Virus record (IMG/VR): IMGVR_UViG_3300033487_000017
Coordinates: 1 to 43,432 of that record
Direction: 5' to 3' (one strand)
Source of the DNA: a virus
Taxonomy: Duplodnaviria; Caudoviricetes
Length of the DNA: 43,432 bases
Shown: piece by piece, positions 8,697 through 18,253 of the stretch
Numbering within the stretch: position 1 is the first letter of the stretch
Layout: every line of letters starts with the position of its first letter
Made by a program: the position numbers and the translations under genes
The notes under the pieces: model-generated
The model's input: the letters and a program-made list of their open reading frames with translations, nothing else
Databases searched by the model: none
What the model was told of the DNA's origin: nothing

Positions 8697-10010
8697 CTAG
8701 ATACCCGTCACCTGAGTGAACATCGTCGGGCGGTGGACCACAAAGGCGGCCCGCAGCTCAGCCAGGATGGTTTGCATGTTACGGATAAACTGATCGTCAA
8801 TCGTGCCAACACGCACCGCACCTTGCTCGCGGTCAAACAGGGTGCAGCCCTGGGTGAAGTCGCCGACCACGCCAGTTCCCGAGGTCATAGCTTCACTCTC
8901 TACAACCGGGATGCCCCACAGGGTTGTGGCACCAACAGCGGAAGGCGGCCCCATCAGATAACCGCCCAGCGTGCCGGTGTCGGCATTCTCGCGGCTCAGG
9001 CGGATCTGTTCCCAGTCCGCCGGGTTCAGAACGATGGCGGTCGGGCGCCCTTTACCGGTCGTTCGCACCAGGGTGCGTCCCTTGAAAATCGCATCTGCCC
9101 GGCTGTCAGAGCCCAGGCCCACCGCATTGATTGCGTGGTCCAGGACGCCGGACAGGTTAGGCGGAGTGCCGTTGCCGGTCACGATTTGCGCCTCCAGGGT
9201 CAGGTCAAGGCCCAGTAGCAGGCGGCCATTGATAGTTCCACGGATCAACGGGGCGTCAGCCAGCATTTTGTTGGTGACCGGAATCCAGTGTGCGATTGTT
9301 TCAACCGGGACGGTTGCGACTGAATAAGCCAGCGCACTTTCGGCCTTCTTGCCAGACGTGCCAGTGGTCACGGTCGCCTCAGCCACGGTTGCGGCGTTGT
9401 TGGTAAACGTGCCCTCATAAACGTATTCGATGGTATCGCTCACGGTCTGGATGCGCGGCACCAGATCCAGGAAGGTCAGTTCCCGCTGGCGGATGTCCAC
9501 ATAACCCGGCAGCACGTCATTCTGGACGAAGCCGCCGCCCGAGGTGGCCGAAGAACCATACAGCAGGGTTTTCGTTGACGACTTGCGGCCCCAATCTATA
9601 AGGCTGGTTCCCTCTTCCAGATTCACATTAAAAGATACCCGGCTCAGATGCGACGTGAACGCTCCATTGAGTTTTAACTCGCGGTATTCGCGTGAATCCA
9701 GGAATTGCTGTCCAGGCGAGATATACGACTTGGCAGCGGTTTCGTGGGCGCTCGGGGTCGGGCGCATTGCACCGGGCGCAGCCTTGGAATACTTGTCCAG
9801 ACCGTCCAGGATTTGCTTCCTACGCGTTTCAGCGTCTTCTAGGCCGGACAACTTCGTCTCAAGCGTATCAATCTCGGCCAATAAGCGCTTAACCTCGCGC
9901 TCATCCTCCCCGTTGGTGATAAGGCCATCGGGGTATTTCTTTTCGATCAGGTCGGCCTGGTTGAACAGGCTCTTGATCTCATTACGTGCTTCTGCAACTG
10001 TCATACTCAT
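8697..10010 (-). CDS. Major capsid protein, HK97 fold with N-terminal delta/scaffold domain
   Basis: Coiled-coil N-terminus, GGGFV, VAEA..KAES, GNGTPPNLSGV, IVLNPADW, LWGIPVVES, VGDF, F.RN, AELR. Confidence 0.93.
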   Translation of the reverse strand: MSMTVAEARNEIKSLFNQADLIEKKYPDGLITNGEDEREVKRLLAEIDTLETKLSGLEDAETRRKQILDGLDKYSKAAPGAMRPTPSAHETAAKSYISPGQQFLDSREYRELKLNGAFTSHLSRVSFNVNLEEGTSLIDWGRKSSTKTLLYGSSATSGGGFVQNDVLPGYVDIRQRELTFLDLVPRIQTVSDTIEYVYEGTFTNNAATVAEATVTTGTSGKKAESALAYSVATVPVETIAHWIPVTNKMLADAPLIRGTINGRLLLGLDLTLEAQIVTGNGTPPNLSGVLDHAINAVGLGSDSRADAIFKGRTLVRTTGKGRPTAIVLNPADWEQIRLSRENADTGTLGGYLMGPPSAVGATTLWGIPVVESEAMTSGTGVVGDFTQGCTLFDREQGAVRVGTIDDQFIRNMQTILAELRAAFVVHRPTMFTQVTGI

Positions 10011-10017
10011 GGGATGT

Positions 10018-10944
10018 TTACTCCTGTAATATTTTGGCGAGGCGTTTACGGTGCTCCGCCATCTCGTGACTGATCAGGCGCGGCCCGACCAGTTTGGGTG
10101 TGGGTGCGGTTGTGAGAACTGATTGCAGGTCGTCACTAACGGCCACGAACCCGGAACACGATTCCAGGAGTGCGTTTAGTTCTTTCCGCTTGGTTTCTGA
10201 TAACGGGCGATCAATCGATTTGACAAATCCCCGTAGATCATTCGTAAGTAGGGCAACATTGTTTGTTTCGTCAGAGATGCGTTCCGCTAGTGTGTAGCTA
10301 ATCTCTGACGGCTGCCAGGACTTCAGGGGTAAGGCAGTATTACGCGGCTCGGCCGGCGTGGGCGTCAAGGTGTCATCCAGGCCCAGCGGCCATGATTTCA
10401 GCCAGACGGCTTTGCCGCGCTTCTCACGCTCGACCAGATGGCCGGCGGTCCCAGAGGACCAGGCTTGCTTACCCTTCTCGGCCATTGAATAAATAAAATG
10501 CTCGTATTCATCGCGCATATCGAGTTGCGCCTCAGCCCAGATACCAAAGTCATCAATTCTGTGAGTGGCTTTACCAATGCGGCGTTTTCCGATTTTCGGA
10601 TCAAGGCCATGCTGGTAATATACCGGTGCTGTCTGTGCATCCCCGAAGTCTGTTTCTTTCGTGAAGAACTCCCCCTCAAGATCCGGGTCTTCGTCGGTTG
10701 AAAAGCGCACCAGGTAGCCGCCGATACGACCGCCGCCCAGGGCTTTGACTTGTCCGCCGTAAACTATCAGGGTGTCATCGATTGATTTCCCGTCGCTTGA
10801 TTCGCCTTCCCCCCGGTTTTCCCACTTGCTCATGCAAATTGCGACGGCCTGGTCATTGTCTTTCGCTGTTCCATCGTCTAAAACCATTGGGATGCAGCGT
10901 TTCATAAACTCATCTTTGGATTCGGTTTCACCTGGATCAGGCAT
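10018..10944 (-). CDS. Prohead protease (HK97-type) with a small N-terminal domain
   Basis: GYLVRF, YQHG, GIWAEAQL, WSSG, TPTPAEP; immediately upstream of the capsid gene; start moved to MPDPGETE. Confidence 0.8.
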   Translation of the reverse strand: MPDPGETESKDEFMKRCIPMVLDDGTAKDNDQAVAICMSKWENRGEGESSDGKSIDDTLIVYGGQVKALGGGRIGGYLVRFSTDEDPDLEGEFFTKETDFGDAQTAPVYYQHGLDPKIGKRRIGKATHRIDDFGIWAEAQLDMRDEYEHFIYSMAEKGKQAWSSGTAGHLVEREKRGKAVWLKSWPLGLDDTLTPTPAEPRNTALPLKSWQPSEISYTLAERISDETNNVALLTNDLRGFVKSIDRPLSETKRKELNALLESCSGFVAVSDDLQSVLTTAPTPKLVGPRLISHEMAEHRKRLAKILQE

Positions 10945-12037
10945 AAGCCACCTCGCTCGGTAACAATATTCTATGGTTCTGGCGCCAGCGGAAATCACCG
11001 ATAATCTCATCCCAGGCTTCCAACCAGCGCCATGCTTGCGTTTCTAAGTTATGATGTTTTCTTACCTTTGCCAGCAATGCCCTACTCAGGCGGCGGCGCA
11101 GGTCATAATCTTCGATCAATGCATTTAGCGCATCTTCCCATTCGCCCACCGTTTCAGCGAACAGACCATCAATGCCGCTTTGGATGAGCTGGTTATAGAC
11201 TGTCGGCGTGGCAACCACGGCCGCACCCGAAGCGCCATACTCCAGCGCCTTCAAGAAGGTTTTGGCGCGGTTGAATTTGGTATCTGCCAGCGAACAACAG
11301 CCAATGTCAATGTTTTTCAGCGCCGCCGGGTATTTTTCGATTGGTAGCCATTCGAGCTGCAAGACCTGCTTGGCCGGCACATGATCGTAAATAATCTTCA
11401 GGTCACGCCCCTGGATGACAAATGTCACCTCTGGATGCTTACGCGCCACACGCCCCCAGGCCTCGGCCATCGCTTCAATGTCGCTGTCAGGGCGAAACGA
11501 TCCAGCCCAGCCAATCGTCAGGCCGGGTACGATGCGCATGGCTTTCTTCTGTAGCCGTTTGAACCAGCGGAAGTCAATATAATTCGGGACCACCTTCACC
11601 GGCTTGTCGGTGATCTGGCGCACCATCGTGGCGAGGCGCTGGCAGGATACGGTCACGCCGTCACTCATCTTCAGGGCGTAGGTCAGGCACTCGCGCCGTT
11701 CTTCGGCATATTCGCGGGTATAAAGGTCTTTCCACATGATCCGGCGTATGAAATCCTCTGAGAACATGTCATCATCACACTCATAGATGATGGCTTTGCC
11801 GGCCTTGTGAAGCGCACCGAACCAGCGTTCGGATTTATGACGTTCACTCATCGGCCAATGCAGACGAGGCAGGATCACGGCGTCAAATTGACCGACTACC
11901 AGCGCCAGCCGATCATCCAGACGCGGCCCCCACTCAACACCCTGGTAGCCCTGGCGCTGTAGCTCGGTGATTGGCAATAGCACCCGGTGAAGGGTGCAGC
12001 CATCCATCTCGCCCGTCATTGCCAGAACTCTTGCCAT
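10937..12037 (-). CDS. Glycosyltransferase, GT-B fold (GT4-like)
   Basis: YECDDD, VVPNYID, IGWAGS, DIGCCSL..FNRAKTFLKALEYGASGAAVVAT; ATG at 12037 with AAGGAG RBS. Confidence 0.88.
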   Translation of the reverse strand: MARVLAMTGEMDGCTLHRVLLPITELQRQGYQGVEWGPRLDDRLALVVGQFDAVILPRLHWPMSERHKSERWFGALHKAGKAIIYECDDDMFSEDFIRRIMWKDLYTREYAEERRECLTYALKMSDGVTVSCQRLATMVRQITDKPVKVVPNYIDFRWFKRLQKKAMRIVPGLTIGWAGSFRPDSDIEAMAEAWGRVARKHPEVTFVIQGRDLKIIYDHVPAKQVLQLEWLPIEKYPAALKNIDIGCCSLADTKFNRAKTFLKALEYGASGAAVVATPTVYNQLIQSGIDGLFAETVGEWEDALNALIEDYDLRRRLSRALLAKVRKHHNLETQAWRWLEAWDEIIGDFRWRQNHRILLPSEVAYA

Positions 12038-12051
12038 AAAACTCCTTAAAT

Positions 12052-12093
12052 AAAAACGGCGCAATCCTTACCCTTTCGGGTTGGATTGCGCCG
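12052..12093 (-). terminator. Intrinsic terminator/attenuator in the head-operon leader
   Basis: RNA sense CGGCGCAATCC-aaccc-GAAA-gggtaa-GGATTGCGCCG-TTTTT, directly before the GT4 RBS. Confidence 0.8.
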
Positions 12094-12170
12094 CGATACG
12101 CTCCTGCGCTTTCGTCCTACGCCAGCGGTACGCTCGGCTTCAGACGATCATCAATATTCAACTAATGAAT

Positions 12171-12199
12171 ATTATACATCTATCGTTGACGGTAGTCAA
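12171..12199 (-). promoter_or_regulatory. sigma70-type late promoter for the head operon
   Basis: TTGACT-17 nt-TATAAT on the minus strand; overlapped by palindromes GTTGAC-N4-GTCAAC (12185-12200) and AATATTCA-N5-TGAATATT (12153-12173). Confidence 0.8.
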
Positions 12200-12678
12200 C
12201 CTCCCGATCTCTTGATCGCCTTTGTAACCGATCCTTCGATGATCTTCTGTATTCTATCTTCACGTTCTTTGATTATGTCCTCAGGCTTGCGCCAGCCCAC
12301 CAGCGCCTCATGTCTTGACTGTTTGTCACCCATGACAAACTCAATACCCGGCGTATCGTTGATGACTGACGCATTTTGCCCGCTGCCTTTGATGCGCCAG
12401 TTCTTGCGTAATTCCTGGGTGCGCCGATACGGGACATCAATTGAGCCGTCATTCAGATTGGCAAAGAACCAGCGGCGTTGGCGATCTGAGAAAAACGTCA
12501 TACCATAAGCCGCCCGCCTGGTGATATAGCGCGGTGATGGCTGGCTAGATTGCATTGTGTCCAGAATATATTTATTGGCATCGTCAAGGGCGGTGTTCTG
12601 TATCTTAATTGGCAGCTCCGCCAATAGATTGAATACCCGTTCCTCGCCAACCATGTCAATGCTGATAAAGCTAGCCAT
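12196..12678 (-). CDS. Putative virion morphogenesis protein (HK97 gp10/Mu gpG-like)
   Basis: Basic protein with YRRTQELRKNW and V.NDTPG motifs; start moved to MASFISID. Confidence 0.5.
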   Translation of the reverse strand: MASFISIDMVGEERVFNLLAELPIKIQNTALDDANKYILDTMQSSQPSPRYITRRAAYGMTFFSDRQRRWFFANLNDGSIDVPYRRTQELRKNWRIKGSGQNASVINDTPGIEFVMGDKQSRHEALVGWRKPEDIIKEREDRIQKIIEGSVTKAIKRSGG

Positions 12679-13369
12679 TGGCTGCCACATCTCCCGGCTG
12701 TTTGCTGGTAAGCGGCTCTTTGGTTGGCTCCAGACTGCAATCGCAGCGCCAACCGCCGCATTCCAGCGCGTCATTCGGCGCGCCCTGCGGGTGAAATCCG
12801 GAGGCGTCCCAATCTTCCGCATTGGCAACGATCCCGTTCAATTCGGCACATGTCGAGCAATGCTCCTCGGTTGCGCCTAATTCCCATTTTAGCCGCACGC
12901 GGTCGGCCCCGAAATGGATACGGGCTTCGGCTACAATCTCGTTGTACCTATTCGCCCATAGACTCACGCGCGCTTGCAATGGGCCAACCGGATCGCCGGC
13001 CTCTTTTGCTTTCTCGATGGCCTCGGCGTAATCAAGAATAAAATCAGTCTCTTGTGCTATGCGTTCCTGCAATACGGCATCATCTTCCGGTGTGTGGTCT
13101 TTGGGGTCAACGCCCACATCCCGGCTGCCCTCGTTCCAGGCGCGCTCAAACTGGCCTTCGATCAGCCGGATCATATCATCGATGAATTCCCCCGCGTCCA
13201 TATCGCCGCGGTAGAAATCCAGTACATCCCGGTTCAATGCGCGCTGGTAGTATTCGACTGTTTTGAGCGCGTCAATCTGGCTGGATAGCGAATGATCCAG
13301 ATTAACACCGCTGGCTTTTAGATAATCAACAGCTTTCAAGATCGCATCCTTAAGCGGCTGTTTGTTCAA
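12671..13369 (-). CDS. Head morphogenesis (MuF/SPP1 gp7-like) minor head protein
   Basis: W.LGATEEHCSTCAELNG...CGGWRCDCSL; downstream of portal. Confidence 0.75.
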   Translation of the reverse strand: MNKQPLKDAILKAVDYLKASGVNLDHSLSSQIDALKTVEYYQRALNRDVLDFYRGDMDAGEFIDDMIRLIEGQFERAWNEGSRDVGVDPKDHTPEDDAVLQERIAQETDFILDYAEAIEKAKEAGDPVGPLQARVSLWANRYNEIVAEARIHFGADRVRLKWELGATEEHCSTCAELNGIVANAEDWDASGFHPQGAPNDALECGGWRCDCSLEPTKEPLTSKQPGDVAANG

Positions 13370-14939
13370 CCTTCAAGGCCTCCACGCCCAGGCGGATCGC
13401 CTCAATTATAGGCCCGTAATCATGATTTGTGTCATTCATTCCCAGATCTTGCTTGAATACGTCACCAATCGCTTTGGCGTCGGCGCATTGCATCAAGGCT
13501 TTACCAATACGATCAACGGTCGGACGATCAAGGGTTTCAGGCTCCCAAGCCACAGGTATTGGTCGTTTGGCGCGCATCTCTTTAGCGCACACCCGCCACC
13601 AGCGGCGCAGCTCGGCCAATCGTACTGCCTTGCTACTCGGCGTTTCTTCCAGCTCTTGCGCATCCGGCTCTTCGGTTGGCTGTTCCTCCTGGAGCTGCTC
13701 AGGCACGGGCTGCGGCTCAGGCTCAGGCTCCGCCATATCATCGCCGCCCTCGATAGGATCATAACCAATCTCGGTACGGGCTTCGTTCACCGTCAGCCAG
13801 GGTTTGTTGCCCACCGCCAGGGCCAGGCGGGTGTACTTCTCGTTTTCGTCCTCCTGCAAGGCTCGCACATTGGTTATATCGAACTCAACGAAGGCGTTAC
13901 GTGTACGGGTAAAGTCAGGCAATAGCGAGGTGTTCAGTTTGGCGGCGTCGGCGCGCCACAGCGGAATCAACTTCTGTTCGGTGAACATCTCGCGCAATTC
14001 GCGCGCATTGCTGTAGGTGGCGTTCTCAAGGCCAGCGCCCAGGCCGGCAACGATAGCAGGCACGCCCAGCACCGCACTGATACGCTCTTCCGGTATACGG
14101 TGGAGCGTGGTCATTTCGAGATCCTTTGGCGAGAAACCAAAATCTTTGATCTCTGTTTCGCGGCTCAACACGGCAATATTGCCCCGGTTGTCCCCGCCAA
14201 ACTTGCGCCGCAGGCGGTCGGTGATGCGATCGGCGTCGGCTTCCGTCAGCGATGTTCCCGCCGTCGGGATGACCACTAGCCCTGGAACGGCGTAATTTTT
14301 CAGCAAGGCGGCGGTGTAATTGTCAGCTTCGTTATCGGTAGAAATCTCGCGGATCAGCGCCTTGAGTGGTGACAGTCCCTTGCGCATATCGTGATCATCC
14401 AGGCCCAGGCGGAAATGGATCACGTTTTCAATCGGGACGCGCACAAATTCGTTCGGGCGGATGTGGTATTTGTAATAACTGATCCAATCGCCAGTATTCG
14501 GCTCTGTGATCGGCTCAATCACGGTTGGCGATACGGGCCACAGCTCGACCACGTTCCCGGTGATGTTGTCGCCGGATCTGACTTTCATCCAGTAGGCATT
14601 ACCATCCACGTGTTTGGCCCAGGCCGTCCAGAATAACAACTCTTCGATGGACAGTTCCCCGTTCGGCGTCGGGTTGTCCAGCAGCGCCTGCAGCGGATGC
14701 TCCAGCCGTTCCTGCACATCGCCGCTTCGATAACGGCGCTTGACCACTAAAGGCGGCTCCGGGTAGCTGGTTGCAATTGCCATCAGACAGGCGAATACCG
14801 CACTATTCGTATCACCGCCCTTGTTGTCAGACGCCCCCGGCCCATGCACCAGTGTTTCGATGCGCGTCCAATCGACTTCGCTGGAGGCGGGCGTAAACTT
14901 TACCGCTTTACTTTGAAATAGACTCTTGACCAGGCTCAT
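13350..14939 (-). CDS. Portal protein (HK97 family) with acidic linker and C-terminal extension
   Basis: SAVFAC, HPLQALLDNP, GNAY, VIHFR, GLSPL, ISAVLGVP, ATYSN, LTVNEARTEIGYDPIEGGD. Confidence 0.93.
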   Translation of the reverse strand: MSLVKSLFQSKAVKFTPASSEVDWTRIETLVHGPGASDNKGGDTNSAVFACLMAIATSYPEPPLVVKRRYRSGDVQERLEHPLQALLDNPTPNGELSIEELLFWTAWAKHVDGNAYWMKVRSGDNITGNVVELWPVSPTVIEPITEPNTGDWISYYKYHIRPNEFVRVPIENVIHFRLGLDDHDMRKGLSPLKALIREISTDNEADNYTAALLKNYAVPGLVVIPTAGTSLTEADADRITDRLRRKFGGDNRGNIAVLSRETEIKDFGFSPKDLEMTTLHRIPEERISAVLGVPAIVAGLGAGLENATYSNARELREMFTEQKLIPLWRADAAKLNTSLLPDFTRTRNAFVEFDITNVRALQEDENEKYTRLALAVGNKPWLTVNEARTEIGYDPIEGGDDMAEPEPEPQPVPEQLQEEQPTEEPDAQELEETPSSKAVRLAELRRWWRVCAKEMRAKRPIPVAWEPETLDRPTVDRIGKALMQCADAKAIGDVFKQDLGMNDTNHDYGPIIEAIRLGVEALKVEQTAA

Positions 14940-15099
14940 TTATTTTACCTCCCCGGAGCGCGGCAAAGTCCACACGCACACCGATAAATATCAATATGGC
15001 CCCCAGGACGATCAAGGCGGCCGGCAACCCGATCCACAGGTAGACGCCTGCCACAAGCAAGACCAGGCCAACGAGGGCGATCAGGTCGTCAAAAGACAC
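14908..15099 (-). CDS. Small two-TM membrane protein between terminase and portal
   Basis: GTG start with GGAGG RBS; two hydrophobic helices; common position in HK97-like phages. Confidence 0.65.
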   Translation of the reverse strand: MSFDDLIALVGLVLLVAGVYLWIGLPAALIVLGAILIFIGVRVDFAALRGGKINEPGQESISK

Positions 15100-15361
15100 G
15101 CGGCCCTCCGCAGGCACAACAGTGACCATAATCATCATCCAGGGTATATCCGTGACAATACGAACAAGTCCGCTTTGAATAAGATGGCCCGCCAATCAAT
15201 GGCTTTATTTCTCTGTTCAATTCGGCATAGTTCCAGCTCCAAGTGCCGTCAGTGTTTACGCGATATACGGCATCCCCCGTGGTTCTTTGTTCGTCAGATG
15301 CGTGAATATCGTCCCATTCCTCTTTACTGAACGGCCTAAGCGGCCCTAAATAGACAGGCAT
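15089..15361 (-). CDS. Hypothetical protein with C-terminal Zn ribbon
   Basis: CSYC...CCACG. Confidence 0.6.
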   Translation of the reverse strand: MPVYLGPLRPFSKEEWDDIHASDEQRTTGDAVYRVNTDGTWSWNYAELNREIKPLIGGPSYSKRTCSYCHGYTLDDDYGHCCACGGPRVF

Positions 15362-15376
15362 TTCTCTCTCCCTTCT

Positions 15377-16627
15377 CTAAAAGACATCCAGCGTCCCTCC
15401 AATCAGGTGGTTGGTTCCATAGCGTATGGCGTCCATAGCGTGATCGTTCTCCTTGACCGGCTCATCTTTCTCGGGCTTCCAGACGTAGCTCTCAAACTCG
15501 TTGATTGTTTCGACGCAGGACGGATCAACCGTCAGCCGCGGGCGTCCATCGCCCTGCACTTTGAGATAACCTTGCACGGTGGTAATCCCATCCAACACGC
15601 GGCCCTTGAAACCCTGCGCGGGCAAGCCCTGGTTATTGAGATCGGCAATCAGGCCGGCGGCGGCAGCATCGACCGCCACAATATAGCAGCCCATCTCGCG
15701 CGCCCATTCGCCCGCTTGCTTGACTACATTCGCCTGGATGACGCCGCGCCGGTAGTATTCACGCGCAACGTGCAAGCGCCCGTCACCATCTTCACCAACC
15801 AGCAGGATAACCGCCGGGTTGGTATAGCCCTCATCCATGGCCAGGAACCAGCGTTGGAATTCACTATCGGGCCTGACTTTGACATGGATCGCCGGGTCGA
15901 AGATGTCGTACACCGCGCCTTCGGCAGTGGCCCAGACGCCTTCCAGCAGCCGTTTACGCCTGACACCGGTCAGGTTGTCCAGGATCGCCATTGTGCGCTT
16001 GCCCTGCTCGGTGATCTCGCCTGTGACCGGATCGAATAACGTCGGATTGTCCCTATGGGTCGTCTTAATCATGCGGAGCTGGCCGGCCTTGTTGCGCTCA
16101 CGTATCCAGTGCTTAGACCCGCCTGGGTTACAATCGCCCATGAGTATCGTATAGGGCATAACCGCACCGCGCCCGGTGGCGCGCGTCCCTAGCGTTTCCC
16201 AATCGTTCACGGCGAGCTGTTCAGCCTGGTTGACATAGATCCCGTCACGCTCGGATGATAATACCTTATCCGGGTTGTCCATCCCGCCGACCCAAACCTT
16301 AGACCCATTGGCGTAGATATACGCCTCGGGTTTGTTTCCGCCGTAGAGTTCAACCGGTGCGCCCTTTATGACGCGCTCAAAGGTTTGCAGGACTGAGCCA
16401 TAGATTGATGATTGTACCTTGCGAACGATGGCCCACTGCGCGCCGGGGTATTTCAGGCAAGACAGATGCACACGCCAGCAGGCCGCCAGCGTCTTGCCGG
16501 TTTCGGCCGGCCCTTCGACAATCACCTCTTGATCGCGAGCATAGAAGAACTCACGATTACCGCCATACGGTGTGTAGCCGTTAGGTGCATTATAGCGAAC
16601 CTGATAAATGCCCGATGTGGCGATCAT
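15377..16627 (-). CDS. terL: Terminase large subunit (PBSX-like)
   Basis: Walker A GPAETGKT, DCNP, DNP, MDEGYTNP, NDHAMDAIRY nuclease motif. Confidence 0.95.
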   Translation of the reverse strand: MIATSGIYQVRYNAPNGYTPYGGNREFFYARDQEVIVEGPAETGKTLAACWRVHLSCLKYPGAQWAIVRKVQSSIYGSVLQTFERVIKGAPVELYGGNKPEAYIYANGSKVWVGGMDNPDKVLSSERDGIYVNQAEQLAVNDWETLGTRATGRGAVMPYTILMGDCNPGGSKHWIRERNKAGQLRMIKTTHRDNPTLFDPVTGEITEQGKRTMAILDNLTGVRRKRLLEGVWATAEGAVYDIFDPAIHVKVRPDSEFQRWFLAMDEGYTNPAVILLVGEDGDGRLHVAREYYRRGVIQANVVKQAGEWAREMGCYIVAVDAAAAGLIADLNNQGLPAQGFKGRVLDGITTVQGYLKVQGDGRPRLTVDPSCVETINEFESYVWKPEKDEPVKENDHAMDAIRYGTNHLIGGTLDVF

Positions 16628-17061
16628 AGCTTGTCCAGGTCCACGCCGACGTTGACATATTGAATTTGTTCCCCCTTGCTAGTTACGTCAACGCTTCCTT
16701 GTGCCTTGCCCATTTCCCACTCAACAATCTCGGTTGCTACGCTTTGACGCAATTTCTCATCAACGCTATTCAATCCAGCCACTTTGACCGCCATTGCTTT
16801 GGCGAGGTTGCGCCGTCTGAGTGTGCGTGCCATTACGATACCATCAAACAACATCAGCCGGATTGCCTCATCGACTTGCGCCTTGTTATCCCAGCCCTTG
16901 ACGGTTGACGGGCTGATACCAATCATCTCGGCGGCTTCTCTATCCGATTTTGACTCATTACGCGCAACGATAAAGCGTAGCTGTGTAATCGTCAGCTGCT
17001 TTAGAATGTCGTCTAGCGCGCTCGAATCAGTATCGTTTGGTGTGCTTTCGTTCGTCATCAT
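16624..17061 (-). CDS. terS: Terminase small subunit
   Basis: N-terminal HTH (DREAAEMIGISPSTVKGW), C-terminal VDVTSKGEQI; ATGA-coupled to terL. Confidence 0.75.
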   Translation of the reverse strand: MMTNESTPNDTDSSALDDILKQLTITQLRFIVARNESKSDREAAEMIGISPSTVKGWDNKAQVDEAIRLMLFDGIVMARTLRRRNLAKAMAVKVAGLNSVDEKLRQSVATEIVEWEMGKAQGSVDVTSKGEQIQYVNVGVDLDKL

Positions 17062-17233
17062 GTCGCATCACACTTGCATTGATTTGCAAGATTGCTCCAA
17101 ATCTCTGGCATTCAGCCAACTTTGCCATTGTCACGGTTTCTGTTTCGGGCAGATCAAGCGTCACCCTGATTCCATTATCGACCAGAGTTTGCACCTTGAA
17201 CACCTGGGCGGTGAACTCAATAGCATCGCTCAT
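17027..17233 (-). CDS. Hypothetical protein
   Basis: Compact coupled ORF upstream of terS. Confidence 0.6.
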   Translation of the reverse strand: MSDAIEFTAQVFKVQTLVDNGIRVTLDLPETETVTMAKLAECQRFGAILQINASVMRHDDERKHTKRY

Positions 17234-17622
17234 GGCTTCGGTGCTTTCAATTCGCCCGTCCCACGCCTGGGTGGACGGTAGACCGGATTGGCCCCCAGGC
17301 TTTCAACCTGGTGAACCAGCTTATTCGCACCGTCCAGGATGTCCGCCTTCTGGCTTTTCTCTTCCCGCAATTCGCATTCCAGGTCTGTGATCCGCCGCTC
17401 CAGTTCGTTGATGCTGATGCGTTGGCGCTCACGGGATTTCTCTAATTCATCGAGCCGCTTCTGCATCGGCTCAATCAGCGCCACAGCCGCAGCGCTAATT
17501 TTGGCCTCGGATTCAGCCTTCAGATTATATGTTTCTGATGGCGCCTTACGCCATGCCAGGATAAACATGCCAACAGACACGAGCACCGCCAGAAATGTAG
17601 TTAACGAGTTCCAATCAATCAT
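17230..17622 (-). CDS. Membrane-anchored coiled-coil protein (lysis-associated)
   Basis: N-terminal TM helix followed by heptad coiled coil; adjacent to holin-like genes. Confidence 0.6.
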   Translation of the reverse strand: MIDWNSLTTFLAVLVSVGMFILAWRKAPSETYNLKAESEAKISAAAVALIEPMQKRLDELEKSRERQRISINELERRITDLECELREEKSQKADILDGANKLVHQVESLGANPVYRPPRRGTGELKAPKP

Positions 17623-17902
17623 AGGACCGCCAGCGGTAGATTGCCCCCCCAGCCATCACCGCCAACGTTACGGTAAAAGCGGGTCGTACAAATACTTGAC
17701 CGAATGTCACAGAATCCATGAACAGACCGGGGGGCGTAAGCGCAACGAATACATACAGGATGCACCAATATAGGCCGATCAAGGCATACAGTATTTTTAG
17801 CCACCAAGCGACCGACTTCTCCCGCCAAACATAGCGCAGCGAAAATACCGCCAGAATAGCGCCTAATACTGCATTGAGCCAGGCCAACCCCTCGACAAAC
17901 AT
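17615..17902 (-). CDS. Three-TM membrane protein (holin/antiholin candidate)
   Basis: Three hydrophobic segments; coupled to the holin gene. Confidence 0.55.
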   Translation of the reverse strand: MFVEGLAWLNAVLGAILAVFSLRYVWREKSVAWWLKILYALIGLYWCILYVFVALTPPGLFMDSVTFGQVFVRPAFTVTLAVMAGGAIYRWRSYD

Positions 17903-18183
17903 TACTGTTTAGTAGTGCGTGCCGAAACGAACTTGTAAAATCCGCTTGCGCTCAGGCCGAATGCCAGACTGCCGACCACCGCAACGTAAATCTGTGAATA
18001 TGGCTCAGGCAGAACGCCTTGGAGCTGGTATAGCGCAAACAACACAGCGCCCATGACGGCGCTGAGCACAGTGACTTTCTTGCCGTCCAGGTTGAACAGC
18101 GATTTAAAGAACTCGACTAGACCGAAGATCAAGGGAATAAGGGCGACACCGCCCACAGCGAACGAACCAGGATCGAACTCCAT
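17902..18183 (-). CDS. Holin
   Basis: Three TM segments, LIFGLVEFFK..GLSASGFYK, basic C-terminus; AAGGAG RBS. Confidence 0.75.
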   Translation of the reverse strand: MEFDPGSFAVGGVALIPLIFGLVEFFKSLFNLDGKKVTVLSAVMGAVLFALYQLQGVLPEPYSQIYVAVVGSLAFGLSASGFYKFVSARTTKQ

Positions 18184-18214
18184 TTTTAGCTCCTTTTTGT
18201 TTTCCCCCCGGAAT

Positions 18215-18253
18215 AAAAAACCGCCGGGGTTGCCAAAGTTGGCATCCCGGCGG
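18215..18253 (-). terminator. Intrinsic terminator/attenuator in the holin-packaging operon leader
   Basis: RNA sense CCGCCGGG-ATGCCAA-CT-TTGGCA-AC-CCCGGCGG-TTTTTT. Confidence 0.8.

Noticed and set aside
5339-12037. Glycosyltransferases as DNA hypermodification or Gtr serotype conversion
   Set aside because: No hydroxymethylase, nucleotide kinase, GtrA or membrane-bound GT is seen, and the genes are in the late head operon; disfavoured but not excluded
12108-12156. Hammerhead- or HDV-like ribozyme in the head leader (UUGAUGA...GGACGAAA; GCC..CGCUGGC)
   Set aside because: The core is UUGAUGA rather than CUGANGA, the stem II closing pair mismatches, and HDV P1/P1.1 cannot form
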